DNA of 56,589 bases, counting the filler, from Dugesia japonica (taxonomy: Eukaryota): NCBI GenBank assembly GCA_001938525.1. It is 5 parts of 5 records of this genome, joined end to end, with 100 filler letters (N's around TTAATTAATTAA, not from the genome) between each part and the next. Parts side by side here need not be neighbours in the genome. Positions count along the whole stretch, not along the records: positions 33,636 to 44,652 come from MQRL01648028.1; positions 44,753 to 56,589 come from MQRL01646305.1; 3 more parts are not named here. The stretch is one strand, 5' to 3'. The notes under the pieces were generated by a model. That model was not told where the DNA came from, made no database searches, and worked only from the letters and a program-made list of their open reading frames with translations. Shown here piece by piece: positions 36,300-49,800 of the stretch. Position 1 is the first letter of the stretch. Every line of letters starts with the position of its first letter. The translations under genes were made by a program, and so were the position numbers.

Positions 36300-38963
36300 A
36301 ATATGAAGATAAAGAAAAATGTATTACTACATCAAAAAGTTATTACCCAAGTGTAACAGTGAAAGAAACCAAATCCACAAAATAGAAATGCTCTTTTAAA
36401 AATATTACATTCTACTGGTAGCATAGCTTATTTAAATATAACAGGGGAAATAAAATTCCAATGTTTTCAATCTACTAATCCCATAGATATTTGTAAATGT
36501 ATGTTGTATTAAAAAATTGAAATTGAATTAATAGATGATGTCAAAACAAATGTAACTTTGGAAAATAATTGGTTTCCTAGTTTATTTAGTACCATTAGAT
36601 TTAAAATTAGATCATCAACAATTGAGACTATACAGAATCTAAGAGTAACTTTTACCATGTTAAATTTAATTTTATATGACAAGAGTAGTTTACCATGTAC
36701 GATGGCATATGGTTGGATTCCTGATGAAAAAGATAAAACAATTAAAGACTCTGGTTTTGAAAAGAGAAAAGATTTGTATATACTCAAATATGAAGGTTAT
36801 TTTCTTATTAGAAACTTGTTTGGATTTTTACAGAATTATAATAGGTTACTATTTAATGTTTGTATAGAATTGGATTTTAATAGACAGATTACTAATGATT
36901 TCAGATTTTATGGACCATAAAGTAAAAACATTAACATTAAATACTCTTGAACCTCATATTCCAGAATGGACTTTAAATCCTAGAGTAGAATTAAACTATT
37001 TGGATAGAATAGCAACAAATAAATCAATTCAAGTAACATTTTAGAACGAGATGATGGACATGTAACAAATACTGATCAAGGTGGTTATTTAGAAAAGTTG
37101 AGTAATCCTGGTTATAGACCTAGATTTATAGTTATTGGATTCAAAAGTGAGAGAAATAATTTTATAAATAATAATTTATTTACACAAAAAAGCGGATGTG
37201 GTAAAAAGAATTCCAACAGCAGCATATGTAACAAAAACAGAAGATAAAACTTTTACCTATTATCCTAAAAGCATTCAGATACAACTAAATAATACATATT
37301 ACCCAATTAATCGAATGAATTTTGATTTAGCAAGAATTTGTAATATATTCCCATTAGGGTTTCTCATTTCCCATAGATTTAAAATCCCTGGATTCTCAGT
37401 AAAAAAATCGTTTCATCCCGGGATTTCCCGGGAAAAAATATAAATATTTTAAAACATTGAATCAAATACGTATTCTAGAAATAATAATAATTTATTTCAA
37501 CAAAAAGAAACTGTAGAAAATAATAAATTAATAAAATAAGATTTTGAAAAAATAATAAATAAAACAGATAAATAAAACTCACAATTCGAAATTCATAACT
37601 GTCGTAGCCCTGGGACTTGTAAGATAATAATTCCCTTTTGAAAGGTATTTGCTTATTGAAATATCTTTTATTGTTTGTCCTGTTTGCCACCATGCATTAT
37701 TATTCCACTTCTTTATTTAATCTTTTAATTTTCCAAAAGTTAACTTAAACTAATTAAAAAATAGAGATAAAATCAATTAAAGTTGATATACCAAGGCGTC
37801 AACATATCAATAAAAACAATTTGACAATAATTCAATACAAACGATTTATTTACATCCTTATGAGGTTTTGACCACCACAATAACATAAGCATTAAAAATC
37901 CAGGACATTTACTCTAAATTATTTTTGAATTAAAGAAATGTTTCAAAAAGCAGAAATTATCAATTGATTTATCACTTAATTTTGAACGAATTTTTATGAC
38001 AAACAGTCCCGCCACAGAAAACGCTCTTTCCGATTCAATCAATGTTGGCTTGAATGCATATTATTTAAATTTTCAGTACGCTTTCCAGTGTCCTCGAAAA
38101 TATTTATTTTCTTTGTGAGGTTTTTTAAATCGTAATGCTTACCTAGCATTGATGTTTCACCTTCCACCCGTTTGACATTACAAATAGCAGCATACAATTT
38201 TTCCCGAAGTGTTAAATCAACTTCGCTAAATGATCTTGAGGCAGCTGGCTGAGGTATCAGTAAAATGTCGTCTTCATTGCCATGACTCTCGTCTTTTACT
38301 TGATTATATGCCGAAGTATCACTAACATCCTCAAAGTATAGCCTAGTGAAAAGTTTTTTAGCNGTTGCATGTAATGCATATTTGGAGGGCAAGACCAATT
38401 TGGAATTGATATCTTCCAATTTATAATGATAATTTGACAGGCGGTTTAAAAATCTTAGTAAGCCAACTAAATTTATATTTCTGCGTTGTTGAATTCTTTC
38501 CTGACAGATTGAAGCATTTTAGTAGAAATCCAAATATCAATCCAATCCCAAAAATTTAAGAAATTAAGTTAAACAAAAAAATTGGTTTCCCGGGATATAT
38601 TACGTATATCCCGGGATATCCCGCTATCAATTTTACCCCTGGGATCTCGGGATCCCGTTTAAGAAACATTAATTCCCATTTCATGTCTATGTAGAAACTT
38701 GTAATGCTTTTATGAATTATCTTCAATTGGATATTATTCAATGGAGTAAATTGTATCCAATATATTATTTTGATCCTTTAGCACAAGATGATAAACTAGC
38801 AATAAAAAATGTAGATATAACATGTTATTTTACCAAAGATAATGAATTAAAAGAAAAATGGTATTGGTTAATACTAAATGAGAAAAATGTGGAATTAGAG
38901 ATTGCAGATGCAAAGGTTATCTTTGTAGAGAATATTAAAGGGGAGAAGGTTCTATCTAATTAA
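36300..38963 (+). pseudogene. Polinton major capsid protein, lineage 2, split by a hAT
   Basis: ENNWFPSLFSTIRFKI..IETI, NLFGFLQNYNRLL, RPRFIVIGF, IQIQLNNTYYP; after the hAT, WSKLYPIYYFD..QDDK; start approximate. Confidence 0.75.
37355..38671 (-). mobile_element. Deleted hAT transposon
   Basis: Perfect 8-bp TSD attcccat (37347-37354 / 38672-38679); TIRs tagggtttct / agaaacatta; cccggga subterminal motifs; dimerisation motif IESERAFSVAGLFVIKIRSKLSDKSID. Confidence 0.92.
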
Positions 38964-39049
38964 ATATTAGTGAAAATTTTGTTAAGATTAAAGAAGACCT
39001 TGTGAAAACCTTTTGAAGATTAAAGAAGACCTTGTGAAGAACCAAAGAA

Positions 39050-39410
39050 AATGAGATAATAAACTATTTCAAAAGATTGTTGATGATTACAATAATACTA
39101 TTCATAGTTCAATTAAAGTTACTCCTCAAGAAGCAAGTAATGATCCTGAAATGATTAAAGAAATAATTAATAAACATAATCATAAAAATTATTCTATTTC
39201 GTTTAAACAGAAATTCAAATTAGGAGATCGATTTAGAATATTTAAATACAAGTATAACTTTGAAAAAGGATTTACAGCTAAATGGATCAATTTTTTTATT
39301 TACTGTAACACGAGTCTATAATACAAAACCATTTACCTATGGAATTACTGATTTGGTTAATAAAAGATTCTTGGTCTTATTTATGATAATGAGTTACAGA
39401 AAACTAGTAT
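39050..39410 (+). pseudogene. C-terminal part of Polinton integrase
   Basis: IVDDYNNTIHSSIKVTPQEA, KFKLGDRFRIFKYKYNFEKGFTAKW, YDNELQK; catalytic core deleted. Confidence 0.85.
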
Positions 39411-39494
39411 GGTGTCGTAGACTATATCTCGAGCAAAGCAACAGCCTCTTTTATTTAATATAAAATATAAATAATCAACTTTTTATGGGTAAAA

Positions 39495-40354
39495 ATGGGA
39501 AATGTAAGCTACCAAGATTTTATTAGAGAATTAAATGTCTGTTTTCCAACTCTTAAAATAAAGAAAAACATTGATACCAGTAATTTTTGGCATCTATTTG
39601 TCTTGTTGAAATTTTGTCTGCCTAAAATAGATTTATTCAACATGTATTTACAAAAGATTGTTTCCTGCTCAATTTAGGTTACTAATTATTGGATATTCAG
39701 GTTGTGTAAAAAGTGTTCTATTGATGAGGATGCTTTTGGAACCTGAGTTTATAGATTAAAACAATTTGATTATATTTAGTACTACTATTAATTCAATTAA
39801 TGAAACAAGGATTTGATGCTGGATTATCTAAACAAGATTTACCTTTGATATTTGAAAAACAACAATTGGTTCCTAAAGACTTGAAACTATAACAAGAAAT
39901 AATAATTTGTTTTATTGATAAAAAGTATGTAAAACCAATAACATATTATCCTGATGGAATACAAATTATACTTAGTAATAAATGAAGTGATATTGTACCA
40001 TGTGGCAGATTACCAACTGACTTGCAGAATTTAATAATTTTCGATGATGTAGTAAATGAGAAATATCAACAAGTACAAAAAAGTTATTTTACAAGAGAAC
40101 GACACAATAATTGTAATGTAATATACATCTCACAAACATTATGATTTATATAAAAATTCAATACGGAATTATAGTAGTTGTTTCATTTTTTTAAAACTAG
40201 GTAAGCGGGATAAAGATAGTGTTTATCACGATTTGTTTAGTAATATATTCCATGATAAGAATACAACTTTGAGACAAATTACTACTGGAAAGAAAAGTAT
40301 AATTATGTTTATCTCTACAGAGAAAGTGAAACAGTGACGGGTAGTTTGTTCTAG
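39495..40354 (+). pseudogene. A32/FtsK-like genome packaging ATPase
   Basis: Walker A FRLLIIGYSGCVKS, Walker B LIIFDD, YFTRERHNNCNVIYISQ. Confidence 0.85.
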
Positions 40355-40847
40355 GTCTTTATACAAAAGTCTCGCATGAGAGACTATTTTAACCCTATAT
40401 GAAAAATGGTCCGAATGACCTTGTCTTTATTAAATATTAAATAAACCATGTTAAATATACAAAAACGATTAATCATCATTATAATATCTCACCCAAAAGT
40501 GAATATCATATTTTGTATCTTTATATTTCTTCTTTCGGAATTTATTATAACACCGTTCTCTTTTAAAATTATTCTTTTCTCGTTCTTGTTTTAATTAATT
40601 TAATAATCGAACATAACAATTTCTGTTGATATCTGAACCAATCTCAGTTCTATGTTCCCAACAATGATAATGATTTAATTCATTTTAATATTCAATTGCT
40701 ATTTCTTGTTTTCTTTCTAAACTTTTATCCAAAATTGATTTGTAATGATCTTTATCAATAATTACTAATGGCATCTTTATTTTAAACAATAAATTAAAAT
40801 TTAAAAAATGAGCCTACCCGGGTAGTCTATTTTTAGCCTAGTATAAA

Positions 40848-41490
40848 ATGGCAACAAATATTACTGAAATATTAAGGCTTAATGGATTTGGTAAAAAATA
40901 ACAAGTGCAAATCTGTAGTAATTAATGGAAGCAACTATTGGATAGGTAAAAATGTTAAAGAAGAAATTAAAAATCAACTTACTAATTGAATTGAAGAAGG
41001 TGGATTTGCTTTTCTTACTGATATTCCTGCCATGATTGGTGGTATAACAGAAGATGTGAGAATAGCTTCTGGAATAGCAAGTGTAGTAAGTAATTCAAGA
41101 AATGCTATTAAAAAATAAAAAGAAATTGAATTATTAAACCAAGAATTGGAAGTAAGAAAACAGGTTACTATTAGTAATATGGAGGCAAAGCTGACACATT
41201 CTTCACAAGTTACAACTTCTGATTCATCAGTATCAGGTTCAGGTATCTATCTTAATTCATACCAAAGAAATGTTATTCATAAATATTTAAAGAATGGCTT
41301 GAGAGTAAAAGAAGCTAGTAGTAAATTGGAACATGATATTCAAAAATAAAAGAAGAAATGAATAAGAAATTTCCTTCCAAGATTCTAAGAGACAAGCTTA
41401 TATTAGAAGCTCTAACAATAACAAAGAAATTTTAAAAAGGAGTAAAAATTGAAACATAAGAAGATGGAATATATCTAAGACCTTGCTTAT
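40848..41490 (+). pseudogene. Polinton GG-F / GSGIYL protein (putative core/membrane-lytic)
   Basis: EGGFAFL..IGG..ASGIASVV..GSGIYL and DGIYLRP motifs. Confidence 0.55.
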
Positions 41491-41549
41491 CGGCTAGGTC
41501 CGAGCAAAGTGAGGACCAACCTTATTAAAAAATGTAACATTAACATAGT

Positions 41550-43190
41550 ACCAGAAAGCTTATAATTTTAAAAGACCGGGACACAATCTTAAAATTTGGA
41601 AGATTTACTGAATATTTCAGCAAACTATTTTTAAAATCTTTAAGGCCCTAGGAATACGGAATATTTAAAACATAACAAGTTTTATCAATTTTATTAGATT
41701 TATCTGGATCTTTTATAAAATTTTCATCGTTAAAATTATTATTCGTATTCAGAAAAATTTTATCAATTGTTTCGTATGTTAATCTTTCTACAATTGATTA
41801 GGAATATCCATTTTTATTTAACAAAGAACTCAAAGTATGAATATTTACACACGACTTCGTAAATGAAGAAGAGAGAGTCCAAGATCTATACATTAAACTT
41901 TTGATCATATTAAATTTATATCGAGATTCACAGAAACTACCAGGTGTTGTATACAAACCAGTATCAGTTGGCTTTCGGTAGATTTCTGTTTCATAATGGT
42001 CAGATTTCCGTTCTATTAAGAAATCAAGAAAAGGGGGTTTATCATTAAGTTCCATTTCAGTTGTGAACTTTATATTAGAGTGAAAAGAGTTCATATAATT
42101 TAGAAAATATTCTATATTAGATTGATTACTAAACACCAAGAAAATATCATCCACATAACGCTTATATACCAATGGCTTAATTCAAGGAAATAAACATATC
42201 TTTTTTTCAATATTCGAAAGAAATAATGAAACAAGAGTAGGCGCAAGAGAACCCATAGCAACTCCATCAATTTGCTTATACCATTGATCATTAAATAGAA
42301 ACGAAATATTAGAACTAGCAAAGATCAACAGGTTCCTAAAACCTGTGACATTTAACATACCATGTTCAACCAAATTACTTTCCCACAATTCACAACACTG
42401 ATTTATAATTTCATTTAACGGAACATTAGTAAATAAATTCACAACATCAAAAGACATCATGCATTCTGTTACATTGTTAAGGTTCAAAAATTACATTCAA
42501 GGTTAGAAATGAAGCTACAAAATTCAAAACTATCCTTAAATTCGTGTTTAGAAGAAATTAACAATTTAATTTTTTGATCTAAAAATTTAGCAACTTTATA
42601 TTGAGCCGTGTTAATCATAGAGAAAACAGGTCTCATTGGATAATTATTTTTATGAACCTCCGGAAGACCATATAACTTCGCTGACTGAGAACCAACAGAG
42701 TTAAGAAGTTTATTCCACTCAGCATTAAGATGTTTTTCACAAATTAATTGCTTAAGTAAAGTATTTCAAAATTCTTCATCTTTTATATAAGGTAATTTGC
42801 AATTTTTTCTGAATTTAACTATTTTTCTAAATTGAGGTCCTTTTAAAATATCCTCGACTTTGTTTATATATTCAAAGTCATTTAGAATAACAAGGCCATT
42901 ACCCTTATCAAATTTACAAATTTTAATGGTCTTTTTTGAAAGATTTTTTAATATTATAAAATCATGATTACTCTGTTTAACATTTTTATTTACATATTCA
43001 TTAGAATATTTTAATAAAGCATGTTTTAAATTCCCAAAATCGCAATCACCAGAACATTTATTCAAATAATAATTACAAAATGACTCAATTTTCTATTGGA
43101 ATTGAAATTTATCAATTCGTTTTCTAATACTGAAATTGGGTCCAAATTTTAATAAGTTAATTTCCTCCTCAGATAAAGTAACATCACTTA
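41550..43190 (-). mobile_element. Penelope-like retroelement reverse transcriptase (frameshifted, GIY-YIG not present)
   Basis: PLE-typical KFDKGNGLVIL, KLYGLPEVHK..RP, SFDVVNLFTNVP, QIDGVAMGS, RYVDDIF, IKFTTE, FLD, YRKPTDTG. Confidence 0.9.
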
Positions 43191-44339
43191 AAATTTAAAA
43201 TAAAAACTTACGTATAATGCTTCTCTAATCATCATTAATTGCTTGACAATTTCATACCTTCGTCTTTTTTCGCACTCCAGCATCCTTCTTAAAATTTTCA
43301 CGTGGATCTTTCTTGTATCTTCTTTGATTAAACAATCGTGTATCGATTTCGTAAAAATGAACTTAGGTATTATATTATTATTATTATAATTATTGTTATT
43401 AATTTTATTTGTTTAAGAAGTCTGTTGAGCCCGACAGCGTCTCCTGGATCAGTGTTGGAACAACCGGGCTGTATGTTGTATAAATTTGCGTGGGGAGATT
43501 GCAAAAAATAAAAACAATCTACACCCTTATAAAAATACAAATATTTTTATCAATAGAAACGAATCAAAAAACTATTTTTAACAACCAACGTTTTATTGAA
43601 AAATAAAAAGTAATTACTTTGATAGAATCAGTTTAATAAGTGTTCTTCATTTCTTTTGGATTTGATTTTATTTTACGATTAACAAAAAAATTTACATTGA
43701 CTGGTTTCTTAATGTTTCTTTTTCTTTTGTTCCAAGGCAAATTCCAATTTAGTTTTTAAATTCCTGATTTTTAATTTTTGCAATTTTCGGCCGTTGCCAA
43801 GTTTTTATAATTGTTTTTTAAATTTCTAATTTTCTATTTGTGCGATTATCTTTTGCCAAGATTATCTTTTAATATCGTTTAAATTTTTCATTTATTTCGG
43901 CGGTTGCCAAGTTTTAAATTTCATTTTCAAATTTTAATTAATTTTTTGTCAATTTAATTATTGATTTTATTTTTTCTATAATAAATTTTATTATAGAAAG
44001 TTTATATCTATATAAGCATGTATGTATATGCACACAAATTTTACTTACAAATTAAAATTTAATAAAAATACATTTTAGTAAACAAAAACAATATCATAAC
44101 ATAAAACCTCCGCCTTTAAGACCAGAGGTTTATACAACAGTAATAAAAAGGAAGAAACGCATTCATTAATATACATGATAATATTTACATCGCAATATTG
44201 TTTCAAATTATTTGCACTATAATATGGTTTTGTTTTTTTATTATTTTTTTTGTTTATTTGTGTGCTTTTGGAGAATAATTTTTTTGATTTCGCGAGTTGA
44301 ATGTTACGTGTTTGTTTGTTTTTGGTATGTGATATGGTT

Positions 44340-44596
44340 TGGTTCTTTGACGTTTATTTTCAATTAATGGTTGCAACATTTTTGTTGACTTTTAAGAGTT
44401 TGAATGGGCCTGAATATTTTGGTTCGACTCCTGCTGTTAAAAGTTTTCTTACTAATGCATAGTTTGTAATTTTGTTATTGTTATTTACTGTTTTATCTGT
44501 GTCTCTTATTTTATTTCCTTTTATATTTGGAATTGTTGTTTGTTTTCCCCATACCATTTGGCTTGGGCTTTGATTGTTGCTTGAGTTTTGGTTATT
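44340..44596 (-). mobile_element. Gypsy/Ginger-type integrase C-terminus (GPY/F)
   Basis: SPSQMVWG..LVRK..EPKYSGPFKLL. Confidence 0.55.
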
Positions 44597-44652
44597 AGTA
44601 GGTAGATAGTGGCGCATTGCCACTATTGATTTTTCCATTGAAGACCCCCCCC
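44597..44652 (+). mobile_element. Polinton terminus at scaffold end
   Basis: AGTAGGTAGATAGTGGCGC followed by a C-run, as at 23013 (minus). Confidence 0.6.
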
Positions 44653-44752
44653 NNNNNNNNNNNNNNNNNNNNNNNNNNNNNNNNNNNNNNNNNNNNTTAA
44701 TTAATTAANNNNNNNNNNNNNNNNNNNNNNNNNNNNNNNNNNNNNNNNNNNN
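44653..44752. other. Artificial scaffold linker
   Basis: 44N-TTAATTAATTAA-44N. Confidence 0.95.
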
Positions 44753-46359
44753 CATCGTTGGCATGTTCTTCGTTTAATGGTACCCTTTCCATAAGTCTTG
44801 TTAATACCCTCAGTGATTTCCAATATCAATAATTCTATCTTCCAACAGTTCCAAATTAATTTCCGCATATCACAGAAATATAAATATCTGCAATTAATAC
44901 ATACAAACAAGAATATTTTTTAATGATTTCAAATATTGTTCGGAAAACTTTTTATGATTGTTAGATACACTTGTGATATCAAAAGATGAATTTTTTTNNN
45001 NNNNNNNNNNNNNNNNNNNNNNNNNNNNNNNNNNNNNNNNNNNNNNNNNNNNNNNNNNNTATGGCAACTAGAACAATTAACATTCAACTTGAACAAATAA
45101 ATAATTACAACCAACTATTATATAGTTAAATTAAATTAACTATTAAAAGATATTTAATAAATGTTTTTTGCAAAATCTTTCTATTAAACCCACAATACAA
45201 TATAAATAAAAATTATTAACATAACTTTACAAGGTTTAACTGGTTATTAAATCAAATTACAACAAAATCTGTAAAGTCAAACAAATCCGTTTTTCAATTA
45301 CTTATAAATATTATTATAAAAATAACACCAATTCAATTTGATTACAATATGAATTAATGCGGCAAAAAAGGTTTGTAACAAATTAGACTTAAATATTATC
45401 AACACATTAATATTTTTAAAATATTATTTTAATAAAAATAAATTATTTATTTTGTATTAATTTTTATATCATTTTAGTGCTTGTTATTTTGTGTGAGTGT
45501 AAAGTATGAAATTGTTTCTACCACAATTTACTATAAAATAAATTAACAAAAGATATTATTTCCGCTACGACGAATAATTCAGTAACTAATCAAATGGGTA
45601 GTCACAAGAACTCCCATAACTTCCTGGAAAGTTATTATAATAAGTTCAAATTTGATTTCTAAGCTGCTAAATACTTTAGGTAGTAAATCAAAATAAAACT
45701 ATCCCTTAACGATTCTTAATTTAGTTGCTAACTTGTTGAAGTTGATAATTTTCATAAATCACAAGTAAAACCACTCATTAAGCATAGAATAGATTTATAA
45801 AGTAATACGAAGGATTTGCAATCTACTTCAAGTATTTGCCGTGAAAAATAATATTCACAGAAGCCGGAAATTAAGAATTAGTTCTTAATAAGACCGGTAT
45901 GGGAATTATTAATTTTAGCCACTCAAATACATAATATAAAACCACAGAATAAAAAGCATTGAAAGAAAATTCATATAGACGACAAAATAAGACCAAATGT
46001 ACCTAAAAAAACTTCATGGAAGGGGAGAAAATTAGATTTCAATTAAAAATTTTAAAATTACAGAAATTCATTAATTTAAAGTTATTTAAAATGCATAAGA
46101 AAAGTGAATAATTTTCGAAATTAATCCATGCTAAATAATGAACGAACACGATGATGATTGGCCAGAATAACNNNNNNNNNNNNNNNNNNNNNNNNNNNNN
46201 NNNNNNNNNNNNNNNNNNNNNNNNNNNNNNNNNNNNNNNNNNNNNNNNNNNNNNNNNNNNNNNNNNNNNNNNNNNNNNNNNNNCCAATAAAATTTTGATA
46301 AAATCTAAAGAATTGAGTAACAAAGATCTGTTTCGTTGTATATATCAAGAAGACATCAT

Positions 46360-46393
46360 GTTCCTGAAGAAGACTATTGTCGAAAAATTGAAC
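46360..46393 (+). ncRNA. Minimal type I hammerhead ribozyme in Penelope-type repeat 46285-46476
   Basis: GTTC-CTGAAGA-A-GAC(TATT)GTC-GAAA-AA-TT-GAAC. Confidence 0.7.
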
Positions 46394-46785
46394 TTTTTTA
46401 CTAATACATTTTATTTTGATCGAAGATTTTTCTTTATTTTAATGAAATCTCAAATGCGATCAATGATTAAGTCCAANNNNNNNNNNNNNNNNNNNNNNNN
46501 NNNNNNNNNNNNNNNNNNNNNNNNNNAGAAAAGTGAATAATTTTCGAAATTAATCCATGCTAAATAATGAACGAACACGATGATGATTGGCCAGAATAAC
46601 AAAAAAAATACAAAATTTAAAAATTTTAATTATAATATATCTAAATATTTTATTAAAAAAATTTTGAGTTAATTTAAAAATAAGAATTAAAATCCATAAT
46701 TAAAATAANCCAATAAAATTTTGATAAAATCTAAAGAATTGAGTAACAAAGATCTGTTTCGTTGTATATATCAAGAAGACATCAT

Positions 46786-46819
46786 GTTCCTGAAGAAGAC
46801 TATTGTCGAAAAATTGAAC
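46786..46819 (+). ncRNA. Minimal type I hammerhead ribozyme in Penelope-type repeat 46710-46935
   Basis: Identical to the 46360 copy. Confidence 0.7.
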
Positions 46820-49800
46820 TTTTTTACTAATACATTTTATTTTGATCGAAGATTTTTCTTTATTTTAATGAAATCTCAAATGCGATCAATGATTAAGTCC
46901 AACAATTATTCTCACAATAATTGTAATTATTAAAACTAATTTTTTAATTTTATTTTAGATTATTTATAAAGTGAAATAGATTTATCGAATGGATTTAATG
47001 GAAATTATTATGAATTAAATTATTGGAAATATGGAAACTTATCATGAATTATGATCAAATGTTATTGAAAATTTAATAACTTGTTACAAATTTTATATGA
47101 ACTATGAAAATAAGTAAGGATTTATTATTTTTTATAATAATTTTATTTTATGTAAATAATTTTTAAGTTAAAAGTTTGATTTTATTTTAAGTTAAAAATT
47201 TTTAAATTTATAATTTTGTTGAGTTTTTACGATTTTGATGTTTTAATTCTATCTCTAAATTCTCCGATCTCATTCTCAGATTTAATGATTTCGTCTTTAT
47301 ATCTAAGGGCAACCTAAAAACCTCAAGCGTTTACGTCACCTCTGTGACGTGCCACTCTCTTTCCACGGGTTCAGCTCGAGTTTGTGGTATCGCGTCTTAC
47401 TCACTGAATTTATGAACCCTTATAGCAACAACCCTCACATGCTCAGTAAAATTTCGACACCATAATTTTACAAAAAAAATTATAATTCTAAACAATCTTT
47501 CGACGTCCAGTAACATTTATTTAAGTATTTACATGTTTCACTTGTTCAGCTAAACTGCGTCTAAATCCACTGGATCGTTGGTACTAATCGGATCATTGCA
47601 GGCTGGTTGATAATTCAGCCACAGTGTTATTAATGTGGTGAACATTGAGCTTTCACGATCGGCATGAGCCGATTTGCATGCTGAAGTGACAACTCTTTCT
47701 NNNNNNNNNNNNNNNNNNNNNNNNNNNNNNNNNNNNNNNNNNNNNNCAGCCTCAAGATTTCATAACGCAATTCCTTCAGTTCCTCCTTCCATCGCTTCTG
47801 TGCTGTCAATAACTCATTTTTTGTTTCCATTGCCTTTACCGATTCATTCACTAAAATAATCTTACAATGATGAACGCATAAAGAAAAATTGATTAAGATA
47901 ATTATCAGTTAAATGATTATCAGTTAATAATAGAAACGCAAATTATACACTTCATCACTTTTAGGAATAATAAAAAAANNNNNNNNNNNNNNNNNNNNNN
48001 NNNNNNNNNNNNNNNNNNNNNNNNNNNNNNNNNNNNNNNNNNNNNNNNNNNNNNNNNNNNNNNNNNNNNNNNNNNNNNNNNNNNNNNNNNNNNNNNNNNN
48101 NNNNNNNNNNNNNNNNNNNNNNNNNNNNNNNNNNNNNNNNNNNNNNNNNNNNNNNNNNNNNNNNNNNNNNNNNNNNNNNNNNNNNNNNNNNNNNNNNNTT
48201 AGGCCACAACCCCCCGTGTCAACTGCCTGAAAATCCGCTCCTCCAGTTTCCCAATCAGGAAGCGATGATCTATCGATTGTTGCATCATCATGGATAGTTC
48301 GTGAGTTGCAGTTTGCAGATCCAGCCGTCGCTGTGCTAATGTGATCTCCAGTCTTTCCTTGTCGTCATTGATAGTTTTCAGTTGCCGATGCAGCTCTAAA
48401 TTCCGTTGGATTAAAACTTCATGACCAGACTTTACTTCTTGTTTATCTTTCGCGTGAGCTTCCTTTTGTTCATCCAGCAGCTTGACGGCATTCCTTCACG
48501 GAATCCAGAAAGAGCCTGTATCACCATTGTTTGTAAGCACTAATGGAATATGCGGTTTAAAGAAGTCAGTCATTTTCTATTAAATTAAAAAATTATCTAC
48601 TTTTCTAATAACAATATTAAATGTAATTCAAAGCAACTATAATAAAAAATTAATTAGTGGACATTTCTATGGCCTGCGACCTATCTGTTCTAGTTCCCCG
48701 CTTCTATAGCATGAACCAGAGAAAATGTCCGCTTAAGTAGCCATCTTTTCTAGTTCTTACTACTTCAAAGCTCTGATAAGAATTTTCCTTAAATCATTCA
48801 TATAAAAACAAAAAATTCTCATCAGAATGTAAAGCCATCGTAATTTATTCAATTTCAATTTTATTGATAACTCGATATATAATTTTTACTACTGTTATTA
48901 TAATTAAATGAAGATAAATACGGATGTATAATCAATATATATTCACGCCTTTTCAGAAAAACGTTTTCTACCTTATAACCACAATCGCATGAACTCATTC
49001 TAATTCAGTTAAAATAAATAATGACAAATGAAAGACAAAAACTCGTAATACGATAAGATAAAAGTATCATAATTTATTAATAATCAAATTGTATGATATT
49101 AACCGAACTCCCAGAAAACCGTTAGCATCTCTTACACCAACCAAAGTTTAATTTTTCTAAACATTTCACATTTTTCAATTTCGGTCGATGTCAAATATTC
49201 CTTCTACGATAACACTGCTAACGGTCGGTTTGTCCTTCTTGAATATTTCACATAGTTTACCATTTTCGGTTTGTTTGTGAGCCTTTAATTCATTGGAATT
49301 CATCTGCTGTTCGACGTTAAGCATTTAATTTTCTAGCATTCATCTTGATCTGAAGTTATTATTTACAATATTAGAGTTCATTTTCTAGCAGCTTCTCATA
49401 GTTTAATTTCATAAAATTATGTTGATCTCTGCCGGTAATTATTTTATTTCAATCAAATTCATTTTCTGGTTGATTATAATTGCCTAATATTCATTTTCTC
49501 TCAGTTTGTGATTATTTAGTTCAAAAAAATTCGTTTTCCATTTTGACTGAAAATATTATTTAAAGTATTAGAATTTGTTTTCTCTCAGCTTCTCGTAATT
49601 TAATTTCATGTAATTCTGTTGTTCTCTGCTAGTAACTATTTATTTCAATCGAATTCGTTTTCTGATCAACTATAATTTCTTAGTATTCATTTTCTCTCTA
49701 TTTGGCTTTCTGGGAACACGATCTATCAACTTGGTGGGCCCACTCAGAACATGTAAGTTAAAAAATCAAGCAACGATTTTACTAAATTAATCAAAATTTA

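Noticed and set aside
44360-44638. 92 aa ORF as one gene
   Set aside because: Chimeric: its first codons come from the Polinton terminus inserted into an integrase remnant
22443-44652. One large Polinton spanning scaffolds C and D
   Set aside because: Separated by an artificial linker; duplicate and dissimilar MCP and INT genes
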